DNA of 63,040 nt from a virus (IMGVR_UViG_3300031939_000001:1-63040); one strand, 5' to 3'. Positions 1-9,962 are shown, counted from the stretch's first letter. A program made the numbers and translations. The notes: generated by a model not told the origin, from the sequence alone.

Positions 1-126
1 GTGCACGGCGCCGACCGACGACGGCCAGCGGCCGGTGCACTGGTTGCACCTAGCGCGCACCGACCTGCTCGAGGGTGAGCAGCCGGCGGGGGGTTGAACG
101 CCAGTCCGGGGGACCAGGGCTCGCGG
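1..126 (+). repeat. Terminal direct overlap, identical to 62910-63035 (circular assembly)
   Basis: Exact 126-nt match; the last 5 nt of the window (ACTGG) diverge. Confidence 0.95.
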
Positions 127-183
127 GATCGTCTGCGCGTGGTGTGCGCGGCCGTCACCAACGAACTGGCGGGTCTGTGGGGT

Positions 184-217
184 GTGGCCGACCTAGGGGA
201 AGTGGCCGACCTAGGGG
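184..217 (+). repeat. Two copies of the 18-bp GTGGCCGACCTAGGGGAA unit also arrayed at 58901-59098
   Basis: Direct sequence match. Confidence 0.9.
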
Positions 218-223
218 CCTGCT

Positions 224-265
224 CGCGCGGGGGTCCGGGGGCATGGTCACCCGGACCCCCGCGCG
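224..265. terminator. GC-rich hairpin between convergent transcription units
   Basis: CGCGCGGGGGTCCGGG / CCCGGACCCCCGCGCG inverted repeat just past the stop of the last minus-strand gene. Confidence 0.7.
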
Positions 266-267
266 TC

Positions 268-486
268 TTATGCCGCGATCCGGCCGGGGTGCGCCGGCAC
301 GACGGGCACCACGGGGGCGCCGGCGGCGGCCGCGGCGTGGCGCTCGGCCAGCAGGCGGTCGATCGCGCGGTCGTCGTTGCGGATGGAGGACTCCATCCGG
401 GTGATCTGCGCCTTCGCCCGGTGCAGGCGGTCGACGTGCAGTCGCAGGTCGCGGTCGATCGCGGCGAGTGCGCGGTGCTCGGTCAC
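268..486 (-). CDS. Hypothetical coiled-coil protein
   Basis: GTG start after GGAGG RBS; helical sequence. Confidence 0.65.
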   Translation of the reverse strand: MTEHRALAAIDRDLRLHVDRLHRAKAQITRMESSIRNDDRAIDRLLAERHAAAAAGAPVVPVVPAHPGRIAA

Positions 487-574
487 GTCCGACCTCCCTT
501 GCGGTGGACAGTGGGGACACTGAGGAAGGGAAGCGCGGGCTTGACGAAACTGTGACAGAGAGTAGTCAGAGCGG

Positions 575-757
575 TCAACGGGGGTCACCAGCCAGCCGCG
601 CCAGGATGTCGGCGACGTCGTACCGGTCCCGCCCGTGCTTGCGCACCTGACCTCGGGAAACCCACTGCCGCAGGGTGGCCGCCCGGACGCCGAGCACGCA
701 CTCGACGGCCGCGGCGGTGGCGGTCAGGGGAGGCTGATCTGGCGACGCTGCGTACAT
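575..757 (-). CDS. Small helix-turn-helix DNA-binding protein (MerR/excisionase-like)
   Basis: LGVRAATLRQWVSRGQV..RYDVADI motif; start uncertain. Confidence 0.7.
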   Translation of the reverse strand: MYAASPDQPPLTATAAAVECVLGVRAATLRQWVSRGQVRKHGRDRYDVADILARLAGDPR

Positions 758-930
758 GCTTCGCAGAGGTCGAGGATCCGGCCGGCGACCAGCGCCGAGG
801 ACCAGCCGAACTGGACCTTGGCCTCGTATCGGGCCTGCGCACCATTGGTGACAATCCCGACCGGGACCGCCTGGCGGCAGTCGTAGGGGCCGATCTGGCC
901 GTCGCAGGAGATCACGGCGCGGGTGGTCAT
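724..930 (-). CDS. Hypothetical Cys-containing protein
   Basis: Tightly packed operon; CDG...DLCEAC. Confidence 0.65.
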   Translation of the reverse strand: MTTRAVISCDGQIGPYDCRQAVPVGIVTNGAQARYEAKVQFGWSSALVAGRILDLCEACTQRRQISLP

Positions 931-1115
931 CAGGAGAGCCTTCCGTCGGCCGAGGTCAGGGCGTTCTCGGCGTTGGTGATGTAGTCGTCGAGGTCCCACT
1001 TCTCGACGAAGTAGTCCGGCACGTAGGGCGCCATCTCGCGCAGACCCTCGAGCGCGTCGGCGAGTTCGTCGCGCAGCGCCCGGTAGGCGTCCCGGCCGAA
1101 GCGGTACTCGGTCAC
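930..1115 (-). CDS. Hypothetical protein
   Basis: Overlapping start/stop with neighbours. Confidence 0.65.
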   Translation of the reverse strand: MTEYRFGRDAYRALRDELADALEGLREMAPYVPDYFVEKWDLDDYITNAENALTSADGRLS

Positions 1116-1255
1116 GTCGATGCCTCCCAGTAGGGGCCGCCGGTCCAGGTGCGGCCGTCGAAGTCGCGGTGCGGGCCGTCGTGCTCGGTCCGCTCCTGGC
1201 AGTACCAGATGGCGCCGTCGTGGTCGTGGACCGCGCGGCACTGCTCGTAGCTCAC
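1112..1255 (-). CDS. Small C-x-C-x4-H-xG-xH zinc-binding protein
   Basis: CRAVH..YCQERTEHDGPH; GTGA overlaps. Confidence 0.6.
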   Translation of the reverse strand: MSYEQCRAVHDHDGAIWYCQERTEHDGPHRDFDGRTWTGGPYWEAST

Positions 1256-1950
1256 GCGACCACGACCCGGTCGATGCCGGCGGCGGCGATGACCAGCGAG
1301 CACATGTGGCAGGGCTCGTCGGTGCAGTAGAGCGTGCCGCCCGCCGCCCGGTCCCGGCCGGCGTAGATGACAGCGTTCATCTCGGCGTGCAGCGCGTCGC
1401 AGCGGCCGCGCTGCAGGTCGTAGCCGATCATCCCGGGCTGCTGGTCGTAGGTCAGCCGACCACGGGGGCAGGCGCCGTCGGTCAGGCAGCCGGGCTGCCC
1501 GGCGGGGGCGCCGTTGTAGCCGGTGGCCACCACCCGATGCTCGGCGTCGATGATGACCGCGCCCACCCGCCGGCGGGTGCAGTCCGCCCGGGCCGCGACA
1601 GCCCTGGCCAGGCCGAGGCCGTACTCGTCCCACGATGGGCGCACCGGCTCGACGTCGTCGCCGTTGAGGTACCGCTCCTGCTCCCACTCGGCGTCGACCC
1701 GGTCGGCGCGCTCGGACTCGACGCGCAGCGGCTCCTGCTCGCGCAGCTCGGCGGGGGTGCAGAGGCCGTCGGCCCAGGTGCGCTGGATCCAGTCGTTGAG
1801 GTCGGCGAGCGGATCGGCGCCGGGGGAGTCCCAGCCACAGCCCCCCAGCGGTGTCCCCCAACGCGGGCAGCCGGCGTAGTGCGGCTCGTTGCCGAACTGC
1901 CGGGTGACGCCGTGGCGACCCTCGTCGCAGGTGCACTCGGGCCCGGTCAC
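1252..1950 (-). CDS. dCMP deaminase with N-terminal extension
   Basis: RPSWDEY, CTRRRVGAVI, GYNG, HAEMNA and PCHMC motifs. Confidence 0.92.
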   Translation of the reverse strand: MTGPECTCDEGRHGVTRQFGNEPHYAGCPRWGTPLGGCGWDSPGADPLADLNDWIQRTWADGLCTPAELREQEPLRVESERADRVDAEWEQERYLNGDDVEPVRPSWDEYGLGLARAVAARADCTRRRVGAVIIDAEHRVVATGYNGAPAGQPGCLTDGACPRGRLTYDQQPGMIGYDLQRGRCDALHAEMNAVIYAGRDRAAGGTLYCTDEPCHMCSLVIAAAGIDRVVVA

Positions 1951-3350
1951 AGGGCGTCCTCCGGGGTGTCGATGAGCAGCCGCCAGCGGCGGACGTAGAG
2001 CTGGAACTCCCAGAGCAGCCCGGAGGCCTCGGCGAGGACGGCGTCGGCAGCGGGCAGGACGTCGTCGTCCAGCCAGCGCAGGAACGGCAGGCCCAGGTCG
2101 GTGAGCATCAGGCGGCCCGCAGGGTGGAGACGTGGCGGGCGACGTAGCGGCCGAAGGTGGCCACCGCGGCGTGCGCCTCGGGGTCGTGCGGGTGCAGCCA
2201 CCAGTAGCCCGACTCCGGCGCCGGCGACAGGCACCACCAGACGCCGGGTGGCACCGGGGCCTCGCTGCGCTCCTCGTCGGCGTTGGGCAGCACCCGGCAG
2301 CGGGCGCCCTGGCGCGGCTTCCACGAGGTCTTGATCTCGTCGCGGGCGCTCATCGGGTGGTCACCTCCGCGTGCCCGTAGAAGACGACGACGCGCAGCGG
2401 CCGGTAGGAGTGCTCCTCGATCGGGACGGGCTGCAGCAGGTCCTCATCCCGCTCCATCATCGAGACGGGCGACTCGGCGAGCCGGGCCACCTTGATCTCG
2501 GGCCACAGGCTTGGGATGCCCATGATCTGACTGTCGTTCGGGCCGCCGACCAGGCGCGCCTCGTAGTCGATCATCGGACCCTCTCCACGGTGACGGTGAC
2601 GACGGTGGGCTGGCCGGCGACCTTCCACGCCTCGCGGCTGATGGCCACGGCCATGTCGCGGTCGGCGCCGCCGAAGGATGCGGACTCCTCGTCGAGCCCG
2701 GCGATCGGCAGGGTGCGCTGGATCTTGAGGTCGCTCATCGCAGGGTCCTTCCGTGACGGGCCGCGCGGCGGGCGCGGGTGTTCATCAGCCGGGCCACGCG
2801 CTGCCGGCGGGCGCGGTCGACGGGGCGCTCGATCCAGAGGAACTTGATCGGGACGCCGAAGGCCTTGCCGATGGCCACCGTGAGGTTGCGCAGCTCGGCG
2901 GACGCCTCGCGGACGCGCGGGGTGAACCGGACGACGACGTCGTCGGGGAGGGTGCTCATCGGGACGCCAGCACCTCGGCGCGCAGCAGCCAGTGACCGGA
3001 GAAGGCGCCCGGGTAGGGGTGCGACTCCTGCTCGAGGACGAGGCGCGGCCAGGCGTCGAAGCGGCGACCGTTGAGGTGGGCCAGTCGGGCCAGCTCGGCG
3101 ATCTGCCGAGCCTCGAACTCGCGCAGCACGGCGCTCGGCGCGTCGCCGGGGCGCTGCAGCATGAAGGCGCTGACGAGCTGGTGGCTGGCCAGCTTGCGCG
3201 TGTCGCTCATCGGGTGACCTTCCGGGTCGGCCGGCGGTCGCAGACCGGGCACTCGTAGACGACTGGCAGCAGCGGCAGCGCGGCGTCGACCTTGCGGGCC
3301 TGCATCAGCCCCTTGCAGATGCCGCACTCGCGGCGCTCCTCGGTCACCAC
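1947..3350 (-). CDS. Run of small hypothetical genes (1947-2108, 2108-2353, 2350-2574, 2571-2738, 2735-2959, 2956-3210, 3207-3350 CxxC zinc ribbon)
   Basis: Chain of ATGA/GTGA-overlapping ORFs with GC3-rich codon usage. Confidence 0.65.
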
Positions 3351-3568
3351 AGGTCGGCCTCCGCGTCGATCGCGGCACGGACGAGGCAGTCCTTCGCCTC
3401 GAGCAGGTGGCGCAGCGCGGCCGAGAGCTCGGGGCCGTCGGGGAGCTGATTGACCAGGCCGTGCACGGTGTCGTGCACCGTGGCGCTGACCGTCTTGGGC
3501 AGCCCGTCGCGCAGGTGGTGGTAGTCGAACCACCGCAGCAGTTGCTCGGTGGCGGGGTGGCGGGTCAT
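3344..3568 (-). CDS. Small helical-hairpin protein, possibly Acb2/Tad1-like
   Basis: FDYHHL..LPDGPELSAALRHLLEAKDCLVRA pattern; family link from memory. Confidence 0.55.
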   Translation of the reverse strand: MTRHPATEQLLRWFDYHHLRDGLPKTVSATVHDTVHGLVNQLPDGPELSAALRHLLEAKDCLVRAAIDAEADLW

Positions 3569-4290
3569 GCGGCTTTCCCTTCGTGTTCTTGCTGTCGGAC
3601 GGCCAGGGCGAGGCGGACGAGGTCGCGCCCCTCCCAGCGGTGCGCCTGGTCGCGGTCGCACTCGACGGCCTGCACGCCACCGGCGGCGGTGTGGATGACC
3701 GGGCCGGTGTGCACGTCGGCGCGGACCGGCCAGAGGCGGCCGCCGCACTCGACGAGGTCTTCGTCCAGCCGCGGGCAGGTGCCGGGCAGCGGGCCGGGCT
3801 CGGCCGTGCCGTTGAGCGCCTGCAGTTGGGCGAGCAGGGTGTGGATCTGGTCGAAGCACAGGTCGATCCACGGCTGGGCGGCGACCCACTCCAACCGGCG
3901 GGAGAGCAGTCGGCACTCGGTGGTCACGTCGCGGGACGGCGGCGCGGTCATGTCGAAGGCGTCCCGGACGTTCTGCGCCCACCGGTGCAGCACGCCGAAG
4001 GCCGAGAGCCGGTCGTCCGCGCCGGACGCCGAGGTGACGTCGCCGGGGTCCACGTAGCGGGGGTCGCGGGCCACCACGGCGTCGATGCGGACCGGCGCCT
4101 TCGTGTTCTTCAGCCCGCCACCGCTGCCGCCGTCGCTGGTGGCCACGGCCATGGACTTGGCGGCGTCGACGTCGGCGAACTCCTCCTCCACCCGGATCAG
4201 TTCCTCGGCGAGCTGGTCGAGGTGGCGCCGGCAGATCGCCAGCCCCGCCTCGGCGCGGTGTGGTCGGCCGGGCAGCGCGCAGTCGCTCAC
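3565..4290 (-). CDS. Conserved actinophage Cys-rich hypothetical protein (possible transcription regulator)
   Basis: N-terminal C..H..C..H and C-terminal GTCP..CGGRL..VEC..H zinc motifs. Confidence 0.65.
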   Translation of the reverse strand: MSDCALPGRPHRAEAGLAICRRHLDQLAEELIRVEEEFADVDAAKSMAVATSDGGSGGGLKNTKAPVRIDAVVARDPRYVDPGDVTSASGADDRLSAFGVLHRWAQNVRDAFDMTAPPSRDVTTECRLLSRRLEWVAAQPWIDLCFDQIHTLLAQLQALNGTAEPGPLPGTCPRLDEDLVECGGRLWPVRADVHTGPVIHTAAGGVQAVECDRDQAHRWEGRDLVRLALAVRQQEHEGKAA

Positions 4291-5777
4291 TCCCGGTCCC
4301 GGGACTCGACGAGGGTCCACTCGCCGTCCTGGTGCACCCAAATCTCGCGGATCATGCGGTACCCGCGGCGCCGGTAGCCGATGGCCTGCCGGGCCGTGCC
4401 CAGCGAGGTGTGCGACTTCCACTCCGGGGAACGCTCCGAGACGCGGGTGACGAAGGTCTGCGGGTCGAACGGCGGGGGGCTGCCGGCGTCGCGCTGGTCC
4501 CACGAGGTGCTCACCCGGGCGCTCATCGGGGCGCCCGGTGGCGGCCGACGACGGGGATCTCCTCGGTGGTCGGCGCCCACGGCCCGTGGATGACCAGCGG
4601 CACCGGAGTGGTGTCGAAGCGGCCGCCGGGGGTGGTCACGCCGACCTGACCCTCGAGCGCGGTCAGGTCGGTGGCCAGCTCCTCGATGTCGAGGCGCAGG
4701 CCCTCGATGTCGTTGCCGAGCTGCTGGACCTCCCAGAGCACCCAGATCAGGCCGACCGTGGCCAGCACCAGCAGGCCGATGGAGAGCAGCAGGTTGCCGG
4801 TCATCGTCCGTCCTCCAGGTAGAGCAGGGCCGTGCGCAGGTCGAGGATCAGGGCGCGAAGCACGTCCGGGTCGTCGAGTGGGATCACGCCGGAGCGCGAC
4901 GGGCGGCTGGGGGACAGCGAGACGACCGGGGTGTGGTCGCGGCGCTCGCCGAGGATCACCGTGATCGGGCCGACCCGGGGGCCGACCAGCGGGCGCAGCG
5001 CGTGGCGGACCGGGCTCACAGGACGTCACCCACCCACGGGGCGGCCTGCCCGTCGAGCATCACCGCGTCCAGGGCGGCGATCTTCCGGTTGAGCCCGGCC
5101 ACCCGGGCCCCGATGAGCACCGGCGGCAGGTTGGACTGCCGATACCGCTCGCGCAGGTGGGCGAGCTCGGCGATGGCGTCGCGGACGTTGAGCGCGGCCA
5201 GCCCGAACAGGGTCTGCTGGACCGTGGCGGGGCGGGCGGTCATGCCGCGACCCGCAGGACGACGGTGAGGTGCATCTGATTGACCTCCGGGTAGTGCTCG
5301 ACGTCCCAGGCCTCCACGGGCGAGCGACGGATCAGGCGGACGAGGGTTTCGGTGTCCGGGGACAGGCCCGGCTGGTGCGCGCCGATGGCGTGCCCGCAGT
5401 GCGTGCACAGCTGGAAGTCGCCGGGCTTGTAGTCGTGGTCGGGGTGGCCGCTCGGGCAGCGGCAGACGATCACCGAGGGATCTCGCGGACCGCGCCGCAG
5501 CAGACACAGTCCAGCCACGCGGCCTGGCCGTCCTCGCGGACGATCATCAGGTGGCTTCCCGCCGCGCAGCCGCGACAGGTGGCGACCTCGACGACGCCGT
5601 ACTCCTCCACGGTGCTCACACGCCCACCACCCGGGCGAGCGCGGTGCACTGCGGGGGGTGCAGGTCGCGGGTCATCCGAATGAAGCGGACCCGGTACTGG
5701 CGCTGCCAGCCGTCGTTGGCGATCGTCGTCTTGTGGCAGTGCGGGCAGGTCCAGCGGTCCTCGGCGATGTCGCTCAC
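4287..5777 (-). CDS. Run of small hypothetical genes (4287-4526, 4523-4804 membrane-anchored, 4801-5019, 5016-5243, 5240-5473, 5470-5619, 5616-5777)
   Basis: 4-bp overlapping ORFs; several CxxC motifs; one N-terminal TM helix. Confidence 0.62.
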
Positions 5778-6466
5778 CGGGCGCCCCACTTCGCGTAGTC
5801 CGACGGGGCGGGCACGATCGCCCGGCCGGCGGGATGGCGGGCCATGGAGGCCTGCCGGTCGCGCCAGTCGAAGGCCCACTGGGCGAGGTCGGCGGGCATC
5901 ACGTCGCCGGGGAACCGGTTGTCGTCGAAGAGGGCGATCCAGGAGCGGGCGTAGACGGCGTCGACCAACTGCGAGCACAGCTCGTGCCCGCCGGTGGCCA
6001 CCCGGTGCTCGATCCACCGGGAGGGCAGGTGCAGGTGGATCGCGGCCAGCGAGGCGTAGTCGAGGAAGGAGTACGGGGTGCCGATCGACGCCTCGGCCTC
6101 GGCGACGATCCGCTGCCGCAGGGTGGCCTCGGCGCCGGTGAGCACGCCGGCGGTGGTCTCGGCGAGCAGCGGGTGCACGCGGCGCAGGTGGGCGAGGGTC
6201 CGGCGCTTCGCCGCGAGGGCGGACTGGACGGGGCCGTCGCTGATCAGCAGCGGCCGACCGTCGTAGTCGGCGAGGTGGCCGACGATGGCGCCGCCCGGCT
6301 GGGCCTCCACCGTGGCGCCGTCGGCGGTGGTGATGATCCCCGCGTGGCACCACTGCGCGGCGTAGGGGGAGGCGCCGGCCAGCCGCTGGCCGAGGCGGAT
6401 CGCGGTGCCGGTCAGCCCCTCGATGGGGGCGAGGAAGAACGAGCCGGGCTCGTAGCGGGCGCTCAC
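5774..6466 (-). CDS. Permuted papain-like NlpC/P60 enzyme (YaeF/YiiX type)
   Basis: WCHAGI..VEAQPGG, GTPYSFLDY, LCSQLV..Y, PADL; His precedes Cys. Confidence 0.82.
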   Translation of the reverse strand: MSARYEPGSFFLAPIEGLTGTAIRLGQRLAGASPYAAQWCHAGIITTADGATVEAQPGGAIVGHLADYDGRPLLISDGPVQSALAAKRRTLAHLRRVHPLLAETTAGVLTGAEATLRQRIVAEAEASIGTPYSFLDYASLAAIHLHLPSRWIEHRVATGGHELCSQLVDAVYARSWIALFDDNRFPGDVMPADLAQWAFDWRDRQASMARHPAGRAIVPAPSDYAKWGAR

Positions 6467-7020
6467 GCCGACACCAGCGCGAGGGTGAGGCCCAGCGGGG
6501 CCGACTTGGCCCGGGCCCGGGCGGCCGCGGCGTACTCCCGGCGCTTGCCGAGGAAGGACTGGCGCTGGGCGTAGTAGGTCTTGCGGGCGTCCTTGCGCCG
6601 GGCGTCGGCGGCCCGGCGGCACGGCCGACACTCCCAGCCGCCCTTGGGGTTCTTGTAGGCGTTCTCCGGGGTGCGCGGGTGGCCCTTGGTGCAGCAGTCG
6701 CTGCCCGGGCTGACGCGGGGGCCGGACTCCTCGCCGTCCGCGCCGACCGTCGCGCCGGTGTCCAGCAGCAGCATCCCGTGCTTGCGCCGCCAGGTCTGGC
6801 GCTGCCGGGGGGTCATCCCGCCGTAGACGCCGGAGACGACGTGGGTCACGCCGTAGGCGAAGCACTGCTCGATGAACGGGCAGCCGTCGCGGCAGATTGA
6901 GGCGGCCCGCTTGGCCTCCTCACCCTCCGGCTGGTCGGGGGTGAACAGGTCGGGGTCGCGACGGCACGGCTGGGAGCCGTCCATCTTCGGGAAGGGGGCC
7001 GGACGGGTGTAGGTCGGCAA
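6463..7020 (-). CDS. whiB: WhiB-family transcription factor with extra C-terminal zinc-binding domain
   Basis: C..DPDLF..IC..CP...C..GVYGGMT..QR; second domain CTKGHPRTPEN..ECRPC. Confidence 0.85.
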   Translation of the reverse strand: MPTYTRPAPFPKMDGSQPCRRDPDLFTPDQPEGEEAKRAASICRDGCPFIEQCFAYGVTHVVSGVYGGMTPRQRQTWRRKHGMLLLDTGATVGADGEESGPRVSPGSDCCTKGHPRTPENAYKNPKGGWECRPCRRAADARRKDARKTYYAQRQSFLGKRREYAAAARARAKSAPLGLTLALVSA

Positions 7021-7034
7021 GGGCTCGGCGCCTC

Positions 7035-7433
7035 TCAGAACGGCGGCGGCGCAGCCGGGTCGTCCTCGGGCACGGTCCCCAGCAGGGATCGCACGAGGGC
7101 GGCGGCTTGCGTCAGCGCGCAGTGGTCGATGTGGTCATCGGCCACCGGCGTGCACGCATGGGCACCGAGCACCGGTCCGCGATTGCCAGCGCGGATGTGT
7201 TCGGGACGTCGAAGGATCAGCCACTCCCCGCGAACCTCGTAGGTGCGCCGCCCGCCCATGAGGGCGGCCAGCTCACCGAGGTCGTTGAGGGCGACCGGAT
7301 CGACGCGAACATCCAGCCCCCCGACGGTGGCGGCCAGGAGGGGGGCGGAGCAGCGAGAGCAGGTGGTTGCGGTGGGCGCCTTCGTGATGAGGAAGTCGAA
7401 CCGCGGCACGGACGTTACCCGGCGATTACCCAC
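7035..7433 (-). CDS. Hypothetical zinc-ribbon protein
   Basis: CSRC..VRVDP..HAC..PPF. Confidence 0.7.
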   Translation of the reverse strand: MGNRRVTSVPRFDFLITKAPTATTCSRCSAPLLAATVGGLDVRVDPVALNDLGELAALMGGRRTYEVRGEWLILRRPEHIRAGNRGPVLGAHACTPVADDHIDHCALTQAAALVRSLLGTVPEDDPAAPPPF

Positions 7434-7585
7434 TGTGGGCCACCGATGACAGAAATCTCACGACAATGTTGCGAGGGTCCAGACGGAGCCCGGTCCGGGC
7501 GTCGGTGAAGGCCTGGCCGTAGAGCATCAGGTCGAGGCGGATGGCCTCATCGTTCTGGCTCGTGAGGTCTTCGGTGATCTTGTCT

Positions 7586-7750
7586 TGGTGAAGTGGTACC
7601 AAGTGGTACCCGAGTGGTTCCGTGGTACTACCTACGGTGGGTGGGGGGAAGTAGTACCGAGTACCCCCGTCGTAAGACGGGGTACTGGGTACTGCTTTCA
7701 CCCGGGGGGTCGTAGGGGGGAGAGTCCCATCAAGATCGCGGTACTGGTTC
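7586..7750. other. Putative lytic replication origin downstream of primase-helicase
   Basis: About 8 GTAC-core repeats (AAGTGGTACC twice in tandem) and hairpin 7660-7686 with GTAA loop; lower GC. Confidence 0.55.
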
Positions 7751-9962
7751 ACGACTCTTCCCGGAAGGGCTTGATCGAGCGGATGGTCGGATAGCCGCGC
7801 ACCGCCGGTCCGTCGGCGGCGATGAAGCCGTCCTGGGTCAGTTCGACGATCGCGGCGTAGATGTGCGTCCGGTTGCCCCCGACGGCGTCCACGATCGCGT
7901 TCTTGCTCAGGGCGGCACCGGCGGCCTCCAGCACCTTGGAGACGCGCTGCATGTAGCCGGTCGGCTGAAACCCCTTGCCCTTGTTCTTGCCGTCCTCAGC
8001 GGCCGCCTCAGCGGTCCGGGGCTCCTGCACGGTGATCGCGGTGCGGCCCGGTTGCGAGGAGTCGACGAGGACGACGGCCGCCTCCTGCGTGCGGTCGCCC
8101 TTGCGGTAGGCGCCGGCGTGCGGGCGGATCTCGCCCGGCCGGTCCTTGGCGACGCGCATCGAGAGCCGCCCGACCATGCCGACGCCGAGGGGCTCGATGA
8201 CCTCCACCATGTAGGCGGCGCCGTCCAGGGCGGCCAGCTTCGCCTGCGCGCCGATCGCGAACCGGCCGCGCGCCTCGGAGTCCTTGACGACGTGGTCGAT
8301 GAGCACCAGGGCGGCGCCGGTCTCGTGCGCGATCCGCCGGGGGATGGCGCGCACCCACTTGCTCACCTCGTCGTTGTCCTTGGACGGGACGGCGAAGGTG
8401 CCGAGGGCCTCGGTGACGCCGTCGAGCACGACGACGGCGTAGGAGCGGGAGAGCAGCTCCTCGAAGGCCAGGTGCTCGCGGGCCAGGGTGGACGGGTCGA
8501 CCTCGGGGCGCAGGTAGTGGAACCGCTCGCGCAGCGCCTCGCCCGGGACGCCCATGAGCAGCAGCCGGCGGAAGACCACGGCCGGGGTGGACTCGTAGTC
8601 GATCATCGCCACGAACTCGCCGGCCTTGAGCCGCTCGGCCATGGCGTGCAGGCCCAGCCACGACTTGCCCGACTCGCTCTCGCCGGCGAAGGAGTGCACG
8701 GCCGCCGGGTAGAGCAGGTGCACGCCGTCGACCCGGGCCATGATCGTCGGCTTCTGCGGCTCGTAGGTGCCGTCGATGAACGCCGTCGGGTCGATCGGCG
8801 CCCACGACGGGTGGTCCTCCTCCACGGGCAGCGCGACCGCCGTGGCGGCCCCTGGCGCGTCGAACACGCTCGCCGAGGGTGAGGACACCGGGGCGGGCTC
8901 CGGCGGGGCGCTGGCGGGGCGCTCCGGGCGTTCCGGTAATGGGCGGGTTCCGCTGACAGCGGAATGTGGCGATTCCCGGACGGGCTTGGAGCCGAAGCCC
9001 CTCGAGCGCAGTTCGCGGGCGGCGCCGGAGTAGTCGCGGCCGTAGCCGTTGAGCAGCGCGAAGGCGGCCAGCTTGGAGTAGGAGGTCTCCGGGTCGAACT
9101 CGGTGGAGCTGGTGAACACGTAGAGCAGGTCGTGGTCGCCGTAGCCGGTGGTCGCCGAGATCCCGACCTTCTTGCCCGGCCGCCGCCAGTAGCGCACGGC
9201 GCCCCGGGCGAAGACCAGCCGCCAGCCGGCGGGCACCAGGATGTCGGCCCAGTCGGTCTTCGCGGCGAAGTCGTCGCCGGGGGAGACCTGCCCGGGCTCG
9301 GCGAAGGTCGAGCCGGGGGCGGCGAACATCTCGCGCGCGGCGTTGGTGACGTTCTCCGCGCCGAGCTCGTCGAGGCTGGCGGCCAGCCGGTGCAGCGTCT
9401 GGTGCTCGTCGACCGTCAGGACCGGGACGCCGCCGGGCGCCGACGGCGGCACCAGCCGCCACGCCTTGCCGGTGGGGTGGGTGCGCCCGGCCGATGGGGC
9501 GATGACCACCCACCCGCCCTCGCCGCGGGTCTCGGCGAGCACCTGGATCTTGCCGTCCACCCGCCGGCGGGCCAGCTTGGTGTTGCCGGGCACCGGGCCG
9601 TCGACCCGGTAGATCCAGTGCAGGCCGCCGGACGGCGACATTTCGACGTAGGTGTTGAGCTTGGCCCAGAGGTCGATGACGCCCGCCTCGTGGAACATGT
9701 CGCGCAGCACGAGGTGCAGGCCGTCGGCGACGGCCGCGCCCTCCAGTTCGGTCATCTCCAGGTTGCCGGAGACGGCGCCGCAGATCAGCCCGATGCCATC
9801 GGCGGCCTGGGCCCAGCCCTCCACCTGCTCGCGGGTGGGGCGCGCGTGCTGGTAGGTCTGCCACGGCACGGCCGGGCGCTTGGAGCCGTCGATCGCCGCG
9901 CCAAGCACGCTGGCGCCGGCGTCGTGCCAGGCGAGGGCGGCGTCGACCAGCTCGGTGCTCAC
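7749..9962 (-). CDS. Bifunctional primase/polymerase fused to RecA-like helicase
   Basis: Prim-Pol motifs (KRP..W, SPSGGLHWIY, ETRGEGGWVVIAPS); Walker A GESESGKS; Walker B VVLDG; LIDH. Confidence 0.9.
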   Translation of the reverse strand: MSTELVDAALAWHDAGASVLGAAIDGSKRPAVPWQTYQHARPTREQVEGWAQAADGIGLICGAVSGNLEMTELEGAAVADGLHLVLRDMFHEAGVIDLWAKLNTYVEMSPSGGLHWIYRVDGPVPGNTKLARRRVDGKIQVLAETRGEGGWVVIAPSAGRTHPTGKAWRLVPPSAPGGVPVLTVDEHQTLHRLAASLDELGAENVTNAAREMFAAPGSTFAEPGQVSPGDDFAAKTDWADILVPAGWRLVFARGAVRYWRRPGKKVGISATTGYGDHDLLYVFTSSTEFDPETSYSKLAAFALLNGYGRDYSGAARELRSRGFGSKPVRESPHSAVSGTRPLPERPERPASAPPEPAPVSSPSASVFDAPGAATAVALPVEEDHPSWAPIDPTAFIDGTYEPQKPTIMARVDGVHLLYPAAVHSFAGESESGKSWLGLHAMAERLKAGEFVAMIDYESTPAVVFRRLLLMGVPGEALRERFHYLRPEVDPSTLAREHLAFEELLSRSYAVVVLDGVTEALGTFAVPSKDNDEVSKWVRAIPRRIAHETGAALVLIDHVVKDSEARGRFAIGAQAKLAALDGAAYMVEVIEPLGVGMVGRLSMRVAKDRPGEIRPHAGAYRKGDRTQEAAVVLVDSSQPGRTAITVQEPRTAEAAAEDGKNKGKGFQPTGYMQRVSKVLEAAGAALSKNAIVDAVGGNRTHIYAAIVELTQDGFIAADGPAVRGYPTIRSIKPFREES

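Noticed and set aside
1-126. Biological terminal repeat
   Set aside because: Falls inside a gene and has a k-mer-like length; better explained as assembly overlap
7426-7752. 108-aa ORF after the primase-helicase
   Set aside because: The 5' half consists of GTAC repeats with atypical codons; only the 3' half looks coding, so it is left uncalled
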